Source: Polyangium sp. y55x31 (lineage in GTDB: Bacteria; Myxococcota_A; Polyangia; Polyangiales; Polyangiaceae). From it: 64,000 nt of DNA. The translations under genes were made by a program, and so were the position numbers. Location of the stretch: positions 170,927-234,926 of the forward strand of contig NZ_JARZHG010000009.1 in assembly GCF_029946505.1 (NCBI RefSeq). Reading direction: 5' to 3'. The notes under the pieces are model-generated. The model did no database searches, was not told the origin of the DNA, and worked only from the letters and a program-made list of their open reading frames with translations. Of this stretch, positions 22,637-34,078 are shown piece by piece (the stretch's first letter is position 1; each line of letters begins with the position of its first letter).

Positions 22637-24904
22637 TTGACGCAGAACAGGAGCACGTCCGGCGTCGCCTTGCGCAGGCTCTTGCCCCTCGCCTTGCCCC
22701 TCGTCACGTCCACGGCGTGCCAGACCACGCCGCCCAAAACCCCGACGTGTAACCCTCAAGACCTCTCCGGCTGCATCATCGAGGACGTCGACATCCTCGG
22801 CAACGAAGAGATCCCCGACGCCGCCATCAAGGACCGCATCGCCACCGCGGAGAGCGCGCACCCCCTCGGCGGCGTCCTCCAGGGCATCCCCATCCTCGGC
22901 CTCAGCGACGTCCTGGCCGTCGAGTACGAGCGCTTCGACCGCTTCGTCCTCGAGCGCGACCTCGCCCGCATCGAGCGGTACTACCGCGGCCGCGGGTTCT
23001 ACGAGGCGCACGTCGAGGCGGGCCGGGTCATGCGCCGCAAGGACGGCAAGATCCGCATCGAGATCGTCGTGCACGAGGGCAAACCCGTGAACCTCCGCAA
23101 GGTCGACCTCGCCTGGGTCGACTGGCGCCTGCCCGACGCCGCCGACGTCACGCGCCCCGTCACCGAGGCGAAAAACGAGCTCCCCCTCGGCAAACGTTTC
23201 GAGGAGGACAGCTACGAGGCCACGAAAAAGGCCATCACCCGCGCCCTCACCGACCGCGGTTTTCCCTACGCGCTCGTACGGGGCGACGCCAAGGTCGACC
23301 TCGTCGCCCACACGGCCGACGTCACCTACACGATCGAGCTCGGCCCGAGCGCCACCTTCGGCGACATCCGCATCGAAGGCCTCGGCGAGCTGCCCGAAAA
23401 GCCGATCCGCGCCGCCCTCGGCTTCCACAAAGGCGAGCGCTTCTCCACCGCGACCCTCGCCTCCGCCGAGCGCGCCCTCGCCGACTTCGGCATCTTCGGC
23501 GCCATCGACGTCCGCCCCGAGCTCCCGCCGCCCGACAAGCCGCGCACGGACGTCGTACCGATCACGATCGTCGTCCAGCCGGCCGCGCTGCGCGCCGTCA
23601 AGCTCGGCTTCGGCGCCGAGGCCGGCGGACGTGTCGAGGCGCACGGCGTGGCGAGCTGGGAAGACCGTAACTTCCTCGGCGGCTTGCGCCGCTTCGCCAT
23701 CGAGGCGCGCCCGGGCCTCGTGTTCTACCCGAACGCCCTCTACAACCTCTTCCTCGCGCGCCCGAGCTACATCCTCCCCGAGATCCGCCTGCGCTTCGAG
23801 CTCCGCCAACCCGGCGTCTTCGAGCCGCGCACGCAGGCCGTCCTCCGCGGCGCGGGCAACGTCTACCGCCCGCTCAACATCATCACCGCGCCCGCGCCGG
23901 GCACGCCCGAGGCGAAGGAGCCGGCCCTCGGCTACCGCGAGGCCGCCGTCACCCTCGGCCTCGAACGCCGCTTCGTCGACTTCACCCACTACCTCGGGCA
24001 GTTCATCCACGTGCAGTACGACGACCCGTTCCTGTACTGGCACGACGCCGCCCCCGAGGGTTTCACGCGGCTCGTCTTCACCTACCTCGAAACCGTGGGC
24101 ACGCTCGATTTCCGCCAGAACGACCGCGGCGAGATCGACCGCATCGCCCCCCGGCGCGGCGTCTACCTGAACCTCAACGCCCAGCTCGCCGGGTATTTCC
24201 TACCCGGCGACGCCGACGACGTCCGCCTGCGCCCCGAGTTCCGGGCCTACGTCCCCGTCGCCAAGCGCGTCACCCTCGCCTTCCGCCTGGCCGGCGGCTT
24301 CCTCATCCCGCGCTCGGACGACTTCCAGCAGACCCTCGCCCTGCTCGAACCCAAGGCCCGCGACCGGAAGCGCCCCGACGAGGACGACGACGGCATCGTC
24401 GACGGCACGAACATCCCGCTCGACGAGCTCCGTCGATCGCTCCAGCTCCTGCAATTCCGCGGCTTCTACAGCGGCGGCCCCAACTCGAACCGGGGCTACA
24501 TCTACAACGGCGTCGGCATGCACGCGAGCGTCCCGCTCCGCGACACCGCGCGCGGGGCCGTGCCTCCGTGGGCGCCGACGGGCGGCCTCACGCTCTGGGA
24601 GTCCGCGCTCGAAGTGCGCCTCTCCTTCACCGAAAACCTCGGCGCGATCCTCTTCCTCGACGCGAGCGACGTCCGCCCCGGCCTCGCCGAGCTCGCCCTG
24701 AGCCGCCCGCACCTGTCCGCCGGCCTCGGCCTGCGCTACGCGACCCCGGTCGGCCCTGTCCGCGTGGACGTCGGCTACCGCGTCCCGTGCGCCCAGCAGA
24801 TCGGCATCTGCGACGAGGCCGAGCTCAACTACGACGTCGGGTTGTTCGGATATACGGGCGGATTCCCGATCGTGACGACGATCGCGATCGGCGAGGCGTT
24901 CTGA
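22637..24904 (+). CDS. Omp85-family outer-membrane protein (BamA/TamA-like; POTRA domains plus beta-barrel)
   Basis: TTG 22637 with GGAGG 5 nt upstream. Signal peptide LRRLLPLALPLVTSTAC, POTRA-like repeats, and a C-terminal beta-barrel ending in an aromatic-rich terminus (...IAIGEAF). Confidence 0.75.
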   Translation: MTQNRSTSGVALRRLLPLALPLVTSTACQTTPPKTPTCNPQDLSGCIIEDVDILGNEEIPDAAIKDRIATAESAHPLGGVLQGIPILGLSDVLAVEYERFDRFVLERDLARIERYYRGRGFYEAHVEAGRVMRRKDGKIRIEIVVHEGKPVNLRKVDLAWVDWRLPDAADVTRPVTEAKNELPLGKRFEEDSYEATKKAITRALTDRGFPYALVRGDAKVDLVAHTADVTYTIELGPSATFGDIRIEGLGELPEKPIRAALGFHKGERFSTATLASAERALADFGIFGAIDVRPELPPPDKPRTDVVPITIVVQPAALRAVKLGFGAEAGGRVEAHGVASWEDRNFLGGLRRFAIEARPGLVFYPNALYNLFLARPSYILPEIRLRFELRQPGVFEPRTQAVLRGAGNVYRPLNIITAPAPGTPEAKEPALGYREAAVTLGLERRFVDFTHYLGQFIHVQYDDPFLYWHDAAPEGFTRLVFTYLETVGTLDFRQNDRGEIDRIAPRRGVYLNLNAQLAGYFLPGDADDVRLRPEFRAYVPVAKRVTLAFRLAGGFLIPRSDDFQQTLALLEPKARDRKRPDEDDDGIVDGTNIPLDELRRSLQLLQFRGFYSGGPNSNRGYIYNGVGMHASVPLRDTARGAVPPWAPTGGLTLWESALEVRLSFTENLGAILFLDASDVRPGLAELALSRPHLSAGLGLRYATPVGPVRVDVGYRVPCAQQIGICDEAELNYDVGLFGYTGGFPIVTTIAIGEAF

Positions 24905-24911
24905 ACGAGGC

Positions 24912-25184
24912 CTAGCCTTCTTCTTCTTCGACGCTCCACGTGGCGAGCGCCGTGATTCCGATGGCCGTCGCGCATTGCGCGCAGAGCGGCGGCTCTTCGT
25001 AGCGGACCTCGTCTCCGCGGGTCCACACGTACAGCCCTCGACCGGCCGGCTCTCCCTCGATGAGCTCCGAGCAGGCGTCGCACCGGAGCTCGCCCGCGTC
25101 CTCCGGCGTCACGCGCGCCTTGAGCGCCACGTCGGCCAGCGAATCGATGGCCATGGAAAAAACCATGTTTCGCGGTTGCTCCAT
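24912..25184 (-). CDS. small acidic zinc-ribbon protein, hypothetical
   Basis: 90 aa with CDAC...CAQC (two CxxC pairs). GAGGGAGG RBS 4-5 nt upstream of ATG 25184. Protein-like composition. Confidence 0.5.
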   Translation of the reverse strand: MEQPRNMVFSMAIDSLADVALKARVTPEDAGELRCDACSELIEGEPAGRGLYVWTRGDEVRYEEPPLCAQCATAIGITALATWSVEEEEG

Positions 25185-25313
25185 CTGCCTCCCTCGGTCC
25201 GGCGACCGCCCGAATCTAGCTCAGGCTCTCGTCGGACGCACGTGCTCCGGAACGAGGGGGGGTGGACCAGGCGATTCCTGGTGGGAATTGAGGGAATCGC
25301 GGAGCTTGCGTGA

Positions 25314-27644
25314 TCAGGCCTCGGCCTGGGCTTCCGCCTCGGGCGTTGCCTTCTTCGCCTTTTCCTTCTTCGTCCCGCCTTCGAGGCAGCTCTCGAGGAG
25401 GATCTCGGCGACATCGAGCTGACGCACGCTCTCTTCCTTGCCGTGCGCCTTCAGGCCGTCGGTGATCATCGTCTGGCAGAACGGGCACGCGGTCGCGATC
25501 GTCTTCGCCTCCGTCTGCAGGAGCTGGAGCGTGCGCTTCACGTTCACGCGATCCTTGTTTTGCTCCTCCATCCAGAACTGCGCGCCGCCCGCGCCGCAGC
25601 ACAGGCCCTTGTTGCGGTTCCAGCCCTCGGCCTCGACGAGCTCCACGCCCGGGATGCTCTTCAGGATGTCGCGCGGCTGCTCGTACACGTCGTTGTAGCG
25701 GCCGAGGTAGCAGGAGTCGTGGAAGACGACCTTGCCCTTCACCGCGTTCTTCGGCGAGAGCTTCCGCTCCGCCACGAGCCCGAGCAGGAAGTCGGTGTGA
25801 TGCACGACCTCGAACTTCGCGCCGAAGTCGGGGTACTCGTTCAGGATCGTATTGAAGCAGTGCGGGCAGGCCGTGATGATCTTCTTCACGCCGCCCTGAT
25901 CCTTGTACCCGTTCAGCGTGGCCACGTTCTGCTCGGCCAGCATCGCGAACAGGTACTCGTTGCCCGCGCGCCGCGCCGGGTCGCCCGTGCAGGTCTCTTC
26001 CTGCCCGAGGATCGCGAAGTCCACGCCCGCCGCCTGGAGCAGCCGCGCCGTCGCCCGCGCGATCTTCTTCGCCCGATCGTCGTAGCTCGCCGCGCAGCCG
26101 ACCCAGTAGAGGACCTCGGCCTTCGGGTTGTCCGACATCATCGGCACGTCGAGCCCCTCGGCCCAGTTCGCGCGATCCATGCGGGCGAGGTTCCAGGGGT
26201 TGCCGTTCACCTCCATCGCCTGGAACGGACCGTTGAGCTGCGCCGGGAACTCGCCCTTCACGAGCACGAGGTGCCGCCGCATCTCCACGATCTTGTCGAC
26301 GTAGCTGATCATCACGGGACACTGCTCTTCGCAGGCCCGGCACGTCGTGCAGGCCCAGAGCACGTCCGGGTGGATCACGTTCGCCACGAGATCCTTGTTC
26401 GCGTCCGCCACAGCGCCGCTCGGCTCGGCTTGCGCCTCGGCCGCGGACTCGGAGCGGTAGGGGCCGACCTCGCCGTTATCGTCGGTCGTCGCGGACGGAC
26501 GCGGCAGCGCTGCGCCGATCCGATCGGCCTCGTGCTTCTGCGCGATGAGCTCGCTGTCGTGGTCGTACAGGTGATCGCGCAGGTTCAGCGTGAACTGCTT
26601 CGGCGAGAGCAGCTTGCCGGTCTTGTGCGCGGGGCAGTTGTCGGAGCAACGCCCGCACTCCGTGCACGTGTAGAAGTCGAGGATCGCCTTCCAGGTGAAG
26701 TCCTGGATCTTGTTCACGCCCACGGGCTCGGCCTTCGCGGGCTCCTCGGCCATCTTCATGACCATCTCGCCGATCGCCTCCGCGCTCGGCGCCATGAGCG
26801 GCAGGCGCCCGCGCGGCTCTACGTTCCGGAAGAAGACGTTGAAGACCGCCGTGATGACGTGGAAATGCTTCGAGTACGGAAGGATGTTCGCGAAGATCAG
26901 GACGAGCGACGCGTGCGTCCAGAAGCCGATCTTGGCGATCACGAGCAACGTGTCGCGCGGCACGCCCGCGAGCAGGGTCGCGAAGAGCGAGCCGGCCGGC
27001 GACGGGAACGGCGCCCAGGCGATCGGGTGCGTCGGCGCGGGCCCGAGCGGGGCCACGACCTTGCGGACGGCGTCGCAGTACTCGGGCTCGAGGTTCCGGC
27101 CCGTACAGCCCACGAGGCCCTTGTGGTGCAGGACCATGGACGCGCCGTCGTAGAGCATGTCCGCCAGCATCATCGTCATGATGATGCCGAGGATCAGGAT
27201 CGCCTCGCCCGACTTCGTCATGCGGGGGTCGACCTTGATCACGCGGAAGTACAGGAAGACGAGCGCGCCGACGATGACGAGCGACGCGATGACGTCCTTC
27301 AGGAACTCGTAGACGTGCCCGAGGGGCAGGCCGAGGAAGCCCTCGGGCCCCAGGATGAAGAGGTTGAACGACGGGTCGAAGCCGCGCCCCCAGAGGATGA
27401 GCGACCGGGCCAGGAGCACCACGAAGCCCAGGAAGATGAGCATGTGGGCCGCGCCGGCGAGCCGGTAGTAATGCATCTTCTTCTGGGCGAGCGCGTAGAT
27501 CGCCGTGCCTTTCACGCGCTCGGGGACGTCGTCGAAACGATCTTCCGGCCGCCCGACCTGGAGCAGCGACCACCGCCGGCCTGCGCTGTACGCGAAGGCT
27601 CCGGCCAGGCCGAAGATCATGAGAAACATCATGAGCGGATTCAT
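25314..27644 (-). CDS. membrane-anchored (Fe-S) oxidoreductase: NarI-like haem-b membrane domain, two [4Fe-4S] ferredoxin motifs, and two CCG (HdrD/GlpC-like) domains
   Basis: CTECGRCSDNCP and CTTCRACEEQCP motifs, then CPHCFNT and CCGAGGAQFW CCG motifs. The start is set at internal ATG 27644 (MNPLMMFL...) with GGGAGAA RBS, not the track start at 27704. Confidence 0.75.
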   Translation of the reverse strand: MNPLMMFLMIFGLAGAFAYSAGRRWSLLQVGRPEDRFDDVPERVKGTAIYALAQKKMHYYRLAGAAHMLIFLGFVVLLARSLILWGRGFDPSFNLFILGPEGFLGLPLGHVYEFLKDVIASLVIVGALVFLYFRVIKVDPRMTKSGEAILILGIIMTMMLADMLYDGASMVLHHKGLVGCTGRNLEPEYCDAVRKVVAPLGPAPTHPIAWAPFPSPAGSLFATLLAGVPRDTLLVIAKIGFWTHASLVLIFANILPYSKHFHVITAVFNVFFRNVEPRGRLPLMAPSAEAIGEMVMKMAEEPAKAEPVGVNKIQDFTWKAILDFYTCTECGRCSDNCPAHKTGKLLSPKQFTLNLRDHLYDHDSELIAQKHEADRIGAALPRPSATTDDNGEVGPYRSESAAEAQAEPSGAVADANKDLVANVIHPDVLWACTTCRACEEQCPVMISYVDKIVEMRRHLVLVKGEFPAQLNGPFQAMEVNGNPWNLARMDRANWAEGLDVPMMSDNPKAEVLYWVGCAASYDDRAKKIARATARLLQAAGVDFAILGQEETCTGDPARRAGNEYLFAMLAEQNVATLNGYKDQGGVKKIITACPHCFNTILNEYPDFGAKFEVVHHTDFLLGLVAERKLSPKNAVKGKVVFHDSCYLGRYNDVYEQPRDILKSIPGVELVEAEGWNRNKGLCCGAGGAQFWMEEQNKDRVNVKRTLQLLQTEAKTIATACPFCQTMITDGLKAHGKEESVRQLDVAEILLESCLEGGTKKEKAKKATPEAEAQAEA

Positions 27645-27783
27645 GGCGCGCGTTCTCCCGGGGAAACGGACCCTGTTGTAGGTGGCCGAGCGGCCGCGCG
27701 TCAACCCGAGCGATGCCGCGCGTCAACCGAAATGCCACGCAGGATCGCGCGCCCGAGGAGCAGCGCGAGCGCGGGGCCCGGCG

Positions 27784-28373
27784 TCAAAGTGTGAACTCGA
27801 ACGACTTCTCTTCCGTGCCCGCGCCCGGCGCGAGCTCCACGACCATGCTGAACGGCCGCTGCCCCACGCGCGCGCCGAGGCGCACGCGCACCGGCGCGGC
27901 CGCGCCGTTGAGCTTGTCGAGGCGGATCACCACGCGGTACCGCCCGCGCTTCGGCTCGCCCTCGGACAGGTAGACGTTCTCCACGTTCTGGCCCTGGCAC
28001 TCGTTCTCGGACTGCGGGCAATCGCGGTCCTTCACGAGCCCCGTCGAGGTCGGCTCCCCGACCCGCGCGAGCTCGCCGCCGACGTCGTAGACGTTGAGGT
28101 CCACGTCCGCCTCCACGGCCTCCCACGCGATCGCGAACTGCAAGATCCCCGTGTGCAGCCCGCAGCCCTCGTCGATCACGCCGTTGCAGTTGTCGTCGCG
28201 CGCGTCGAAACACGTCTCGATGCCCGTCGGCACGCACGCCGTCTCGAGCACCACGCCCTCGCTCGCCTTCACGTCGACGACCTTGAGCGCGTCCTTCGCC
28301 GGCGGCGCAGGCACCTCGATACACGCGGGCGCCGCGAGCACGAGCGCCGTCGCGGCGAGCAGATGACGGGGAC

Positions 28374-28392
<19 letters not shown>
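27784..28392 (-). CDS. secreted lipoprotein, hypothetical (Cys-rich N-terminal region)
   Basis: Signal peptide with lipobox LAAPAC. It is the last gene of the kinase operon. Confidence 0.55.
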
Positions 28393-29452
<1,060 letters not shown>

Positions 29453-29453
<1 letters not shown>

Positions 29454-31495
29454 CAGAACTTGATGTTACCGACCTTCGGCGCGACGGTACTAGAAGGCTT
29501 CGGTTTTGCCCCGCCGGTCTTCGTCGTCGCCGTGGTGGCGGCCACCGCGCCGGCCGTGGACTTGGCGGTCGGCGTCGTCGTGGGCGAGGCGGGAGGTTCG
29601 GCCGTGGCGACCGGCTCGGCCGTCGGCGCGGCCGTCGACGCGGGCTCGATCATGAGGTCGTCCGCGGGCTCGGCCGTCGGCGCGGCCGTGGCCGCCGGCT
29701 CGGTCGTGGGCGTAGGCGCGGGAGGCGGCGCGACCGGCGGCGGCGTGGGTTCGGGCGGCGCCGCGGTCTGCGCCGCGGTCGTTTGCACGGCCGGCGTCGG
29801 GTTCTGCTTGCCTTGGCCGTTCAGCACGAAGAAGAGCCCGGCGGCGCCCGCGAGGCCGAGCGTGAGGCCGATGCCCGCGACGACGGCGCCGAGCTTCGGC
29901 TTCCCGGACGCGGGCGCGGGGGCCTGCGTCGAGTAGAGCGGCGCGCCCGTGGTCCCCGGCGGGATCGTCACGCGCGGGATCGGCGCGCCCGACTGCGACA
30001 TGCCCATCGCGGCGAGCTGCGCGGCGGTCACGCCGGACTGAGAGACCGCGGCCGGATTCACGCCGGGCGGCAGCGGCATGCCGGCTTGCGACAAACCGGC
30101 GGCCGGGACGCTCGTCCCCGGGATTGCCATGCCCGGCGGGATCGACGCGCCTGCCACGCTCATGCCGTACATCGGCACGCCTTGCAGCGCTTGACGCACC
30201 TGGGCCGAGGCGGAGAGATCCGCCGGGTTCGGCATGTCGAGGTTCGTCGGCTGCGCCGCGTAGTTCACCTGCAGCGCTTGCGCGAGCGCCTGGATCTGCT
30301 CGACCGCGTTCGTGTACCGCTGCTCGGCCTCGCGCGCGCAGGCCCTCGCGAACCACGCGTCGAAGCGCGGCCCGAGGTGCGGCGACATCGTGCTCGGCGG
30401 GGCCATCGGCTCGTAGAGGATCTGCCCGATGAGCGCGGCCATGCCCTCGGCGGACCAGTAGTTCTTCCCGGTGAGCAGGCGATACGCGATGAGCCCGAGC
30501 GCCCAGAGATCCGCGGCGGGGCCGACCTTCGACGCCTGCCCGCGGGCCTGCTCGGGCGACATGTACCAGGGCGTGCCGAAGATCGCGCCGTCCTGGGTGA
30601 GCTCCTTCGCGTCGCTCTGATCGACGAGCTTGGCGATGCCGAAGTCGAGGATTTTCACGAGCGGCGTGCCGTCCTCGCGTTGCGTGACGATGAGGTTCGC
30701 CGGCTTGAGATCGCGGTGCACGATGCCGAGCGCGTGCGCCTTGTCGAGGACACGCGCGACCTGCTTCAGGTACACGACGACCTCGCCCGCGGGCAGCGCG
30801 CCGCGTTGCTTGAGCTCCGAGCCGAGATCACGGCCCTTGAGCAGCTCCATCACGATGAACGGCACGCCGCCGATCTCGGGCGCGACGTCGGCGTCGATGA
30901 CGCGCACGACGTGCTCGCTGCCGATGCTGACGGGCGCGCGCGCCTCGGTGCGGAAGCGCTCGACGGCGCCGGGGTTGTTCGCGACCGACGGGTGCAGGAG
31001 CTTGAGCGCGCAGATCTCGCCCGTGTTGACGTGACGAACCGCGTACACCGCGCCCATGCCGCCACGACCGATGAGCTTCTCGATGCGGTAGCGGCTCTGG
31101 ATCACGAGCCCGGGCTGGAGATCCCCCTGCTGCGGGTTCACGGCCTCGCCGACATCGGCGGGCACGGCCGGCGCGCCGGCAGCGGGGCGCGGCGCGGGCG
31201 CGGGCGCACCAGCAGCGGGGCGCGGCGCGGGCGGCGCGGCGGGTGCGGGCGCAGCCGCGTCGACGGGGCTCGGGAACGGCACCGTGGCGACGGCGGAGGG
31301 CATGGGCGCGTCCGCGAACACGGGCGGCGCCGGCGCGGGGTTTGCCGCGGGGCCGGGGTGCACGGGCATCGGCACCGTTCCCGCGGCCGGCCTGGGAGGC
31401 GGCGCGGAAGGGCGCGCGATCGCGCCGGGCGCAGGGGGAGCCGCGCGAGGCGGCGCAGGCGGTTTCGGCGGCGCAGGCGGAGCAGGCACGAGGAC
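29453..31495 (-). CDS. eukaryote-like serine/threonine protein kinase with a Pro/Ala-rich N-terminal region and a long low-complexity C-terminal tail
   Basis: GRGGMGAVY...ALK (VAIK-like), [11 protein letters not shown], and APE motifs. The start is set at GTG 31495 (GGGAG 5 nt upstream). The track start at 31654 would abut the divergent gene at 31657 and is rejected. Confidence 0.75.
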
Positions 31496-31656
31496 TCCCG
31501 GACGATCGAAAGCAGCCGACAATCGTCGTTCGGGACAGGCTATCGACTTTCGCGGAAAGGGGCAAGCGAGGCGCTCGAAGGGCGCCTGGTCGCGCCCTTT
31601 TTCCGGTGCGCCCTCTCGCGAGGGCAACATGGGTTGACTAGACTCCGCGCGCACCG

Positions 31657-32718
31657 ATGAAGATCACCCGGCTCGGACTACGCCAGTTCACGGTGTTCTC
31701 GGACGTGACGTTCGAGTTCGCTCCTGGGGTCAACGTCTTCATCGGCGAGAACGGGACGGGCAAGTCGCACGTCCTCAAGCTCCTCTACGCGCTCACGGAG
31801 GCGACCCGCCGTTTCGCGACGCGCGGGCCCCTGGAAGACGGGCTGGAACCGACGCTTCCCCACCTCGTCCAGGGCATGCTCAGGGGTGTCTTTCAACCCG
31901 ACGACTTGAGCAGCTTCCTCTCCGCGGTGCCGGGTCGGGCGACGCTCACGCTCGAGTGGGAGCGCGCCAGGCTGGAGGTCACGCTGGAGGACGACGGAGC
32001 GAGCTCCACGCTCACGGCGACGGCCGAAGGCGCGATCGCGGAGGTGGGCCCGCCCCTCTTCATCCCCCCTCGCGAGGTGCTCTCGATCTTCCCGGGCTTC
32101 GCCTCCGCATGGCTCAAGCGCGAGTCCGCGTTCGATCGGACGTATTTCGATCTCTGCGTCGCGCTCGACCTCAAGCCCCTCCGCAAGGGAGGGCCCAAAG
32201 CGCTGCTCGATCCGATCGAGCGTGAGCTCGGCGGCAACGTCGTGATGAAGGACGGGCGCTTCTACCTCGCCTATCCGGGGGGCGACATGGAGATGCCCAT
32301 GGTCGCCGAAGGGGATCGCAAGCTCGCGATGATCGCCTGGCTGCTCATGAACGGATCGCTCTCCGAGAACGCCTATTTGCTCTGGGACGAGCCGGAGGCG
32401 AACCTCAACCCGAAGCGCGCACGCCTGACCAGCGATACGGCTGCGGCGCTTGCCCACGCGGGCGTCCAGGTCTTCCTCGCCACGCACGATTATGCGCTCA
32501 CCTCCGAGCTCGCGCTGAAGGTCGACACCGGGTCGCTTCGAGCTAGCGAGGCCGCCTTCCACGCGTTCCGGCGCGTCGCCGAAGGGCCATCGGTCGTCGT
32601 GGAGCGCGGAGAGAGGCTCGCCGAGCTTTCGAACAACGCGATCCTCGACGCGCTCGCGTCGCTCCACGCGCGGGAGCAGGAAGCCCTGTTCACGACGGAC
32701 GAGGAAGCTCCCCGGTGA
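31657..32718 (+). CDS. ABC-type ATPase (AAA_21/AAA_15, RecF/SMC/OLD N-domain-like), no TOPRIM domain
   Basis: Walker A GENGTGKS, an ABC-signature-like [13 protein letters not shown], Walker [11 protein letters not shown], and H-loop LATHD. 353 aa. Confidence 0.8.
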   Translation: MKITRLGLRQFTVFSDVTFEFAPGVNVFIGENGTGKSHVLKLLYALTEATRRFATRGPLEDGLEPTLPHLVQGMLRGVFQPDDLSSFLSAVPGRATLTLEWERARLEVTLEDDGASSTLTATAEGAIAEVGPPLFIPPREVLSIFPGFASAWLKRESAFDRTYFDLCVALDLKPLRKGGPKALLDPIERELGGNVVMKDGRFYLAYPGGDMEMPMVAEGDRKLAMIAWLLMNGSLSENAYLLWDEPEANLNPKRARLTSDTAAALAHAGVQVFLATHDYALTSELALKVDTGSLRASEAAFHAFRRVAEGPSVVVERGERLAELSNNAILDALASLHAREQEALFTTDEEAPR

Positions 32719-33272
32719 AGACCGTCGACGTGGAGCGCATTCGCTTCTCGTTCGGCGAGAGCTGGACGGTGGTGGAGAAGTGGGACGACTGCCGTCTGTA
32801 TCGCGAGGGCATCCACGAGCTCGACGGAACGAAGGCCGTGGACATCGTGGGCGTGCGCGACGGTGACCTCTACCTGATCGAGGTCAAAGATTTCCGGGGC
32901 CACGCGATCGAGACGAAAAGGCGTCAACCGAGCGAGCTCCCGCTGGCCATCGGCTGCAAGGTCCGCGACACCATCGCCGGCTTGATCGGGGCGAGCAGAC
33001 AGAGCGGGGAGCCGTGGGTCGAGACGTGCGCGAGGCTCCTGCTGGACGGCAAGCGGCGTATCTACGTGATCGCGTGGATCGAGGATCCGGCCCTTCGCGC
33101 GGCAGAACCCATCAGCAAGCGGCAAGTATGGCAAAAGGTGCGGGCCGATCAGCTCAGGCAGCGCCTCGCTTGGCTGACGAACCGCGTCACGGTGGCGAGC
33201 CCTCTCGATGGGGCGGCGCTTGCAGACGTGATCGGGAAGAACCTCCCGGGCGCCGGCGGCAGCCCCGCCTGA
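32715..33272 (+). CDS. small PD-(D/E)xK (restriction-endonuclease-fold) nuclease-like protein, coupled to the upstream ATPase
   Basis: GTG 32715 overlaps the ATPase stop (GTGA). The motif VDIVGVRDGDLYLIEVKD matches D...(D/E)xK. 185 aa with no other recognisable domain. Confidence 0.6.
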   Translation: MKTVDVERIRFSFGESWTVVEKWDDCRLYREGIHELDGTKAVDIVGVRDGDLYLIEVKDFRGHAIETKRRQPSELPLAIGCKVRDTIAGLIGASRQSGEPWVETCARLLLDGKRRIYVIAWIEDPALRAAEPISKRQVWQKVRADQLRQRLAWLTNRVTVASPLDGAALADVIGKNLPGAGGSPA

Positions 33273-33274
33273 CG

Positions 33275-34024
33275 TCAGCCCGCCGCTTCCTCGAACCCGA
33301 GCGCGTCCTCCCCGAGTGAAATCCCGTTCGCGAGGAGGATCTCCGCGGCGTGGTCGATCGTGAGGATCATCGCGCGGGCCTGGAGCGCGCGTTGCTCGTC
33401 CGCGGGGAGATCACCGGGCCGGCCCGAGGTCGCGTGCTGGAGGAGGATCGCGGCGGTGACGCTCACGTTGAGGCTCTCGGCGAAGCCGCGCATGGGCACG
33501 CGCACGCTGCGCTTGCAGCCGGCGACGAGCTCCTCGTGGATGCCGTCGCGCTCGTTGCCGAGGACGAGGCAGACCTTGGGGATCGAGCGCAGATCCTCGG
33601 GCGCGAGCTCGCCTTGCGGGTGGGTCGCGACGAGCTCGTGGCCGGAGGCGGCGAGGACGTCGAGGGCCGCTCGGCTCGTGGGGTAGGTGCGGACGTGGAC
33701 CCATTGCTCGGAGCCACGCGCGACCTGGCGGGCCGCGAGGAACGAGATGCCGCCGCGCTCGACGACGTGGAGGCGCTGCACGCCGAACGCGTCACAGGAC
33801 CGGAGGACGGCGGCGCCGTTGTGCGGGTCGTACGGCGCGTCCATGAGGACGGTGACGGAGCCGAGGCGAGAGGAGAACACCGCGTCGAAGCGGGCCTGTC
33901 GCTCGGCCGTGAGGAAGGGGCCGAGCACGCGGACGATCGCGGCGTGGTCGAGGCTTCCGAGCCGGGCGAGGAGCCGCTTCTGCGCGAGCTCGACCTGGAT
34001 GGCATGAGGGGTCCTGCGGCGCAT
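33275..34024 (-). CDS. SpoU/TrmH-family RNA 2'-O-methyltransferase
   Basis: SPOUT fold motifs (LVLGNERDG, SLNVSVTAAILL). Confidence 0.8.
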   Translation of the reverse strand: MRRRTPHAIQVELAQKRLLARLGSLDHAAIVRVLGPFLTAERQARFDAVFSSRLGSVTVLMDAPYDPHNGAAVLRSCDAFGVQRLHVVERGGISFLAARQVARGSEQWVHVRTYPTSRAALDVLAASGHELVATHPQGELAPEDLRSIPKVCLVLGNERDGIHEELVAGCKRSVRVPMRGFAESLNVSVTAAILLQHATSGRPGDLPADEQRALQARAMILTIDHAAEILLANGISLGEDALGFEEAAG

Positions 34025-34078
34025 CGCGGGGCGGGGATAGCACGGGGGAGGCGGAACGCGGAGGCGGAAACGGGGCGA

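Noticed and set aside
25443-27794. 783-aa plus-strand ORF
   Set aside because: It is antisense to the Fe-S oxidoreductase, which carries ferredoxin and CCG motifs.
31496-31654. N-terminal 53 codons of the kinase ORF reaching 31654
   Set aside because: That would leave 2 bp to the divergent ATG at 31657. An internal GTG 31495 with GGGAG RBS is preferred.
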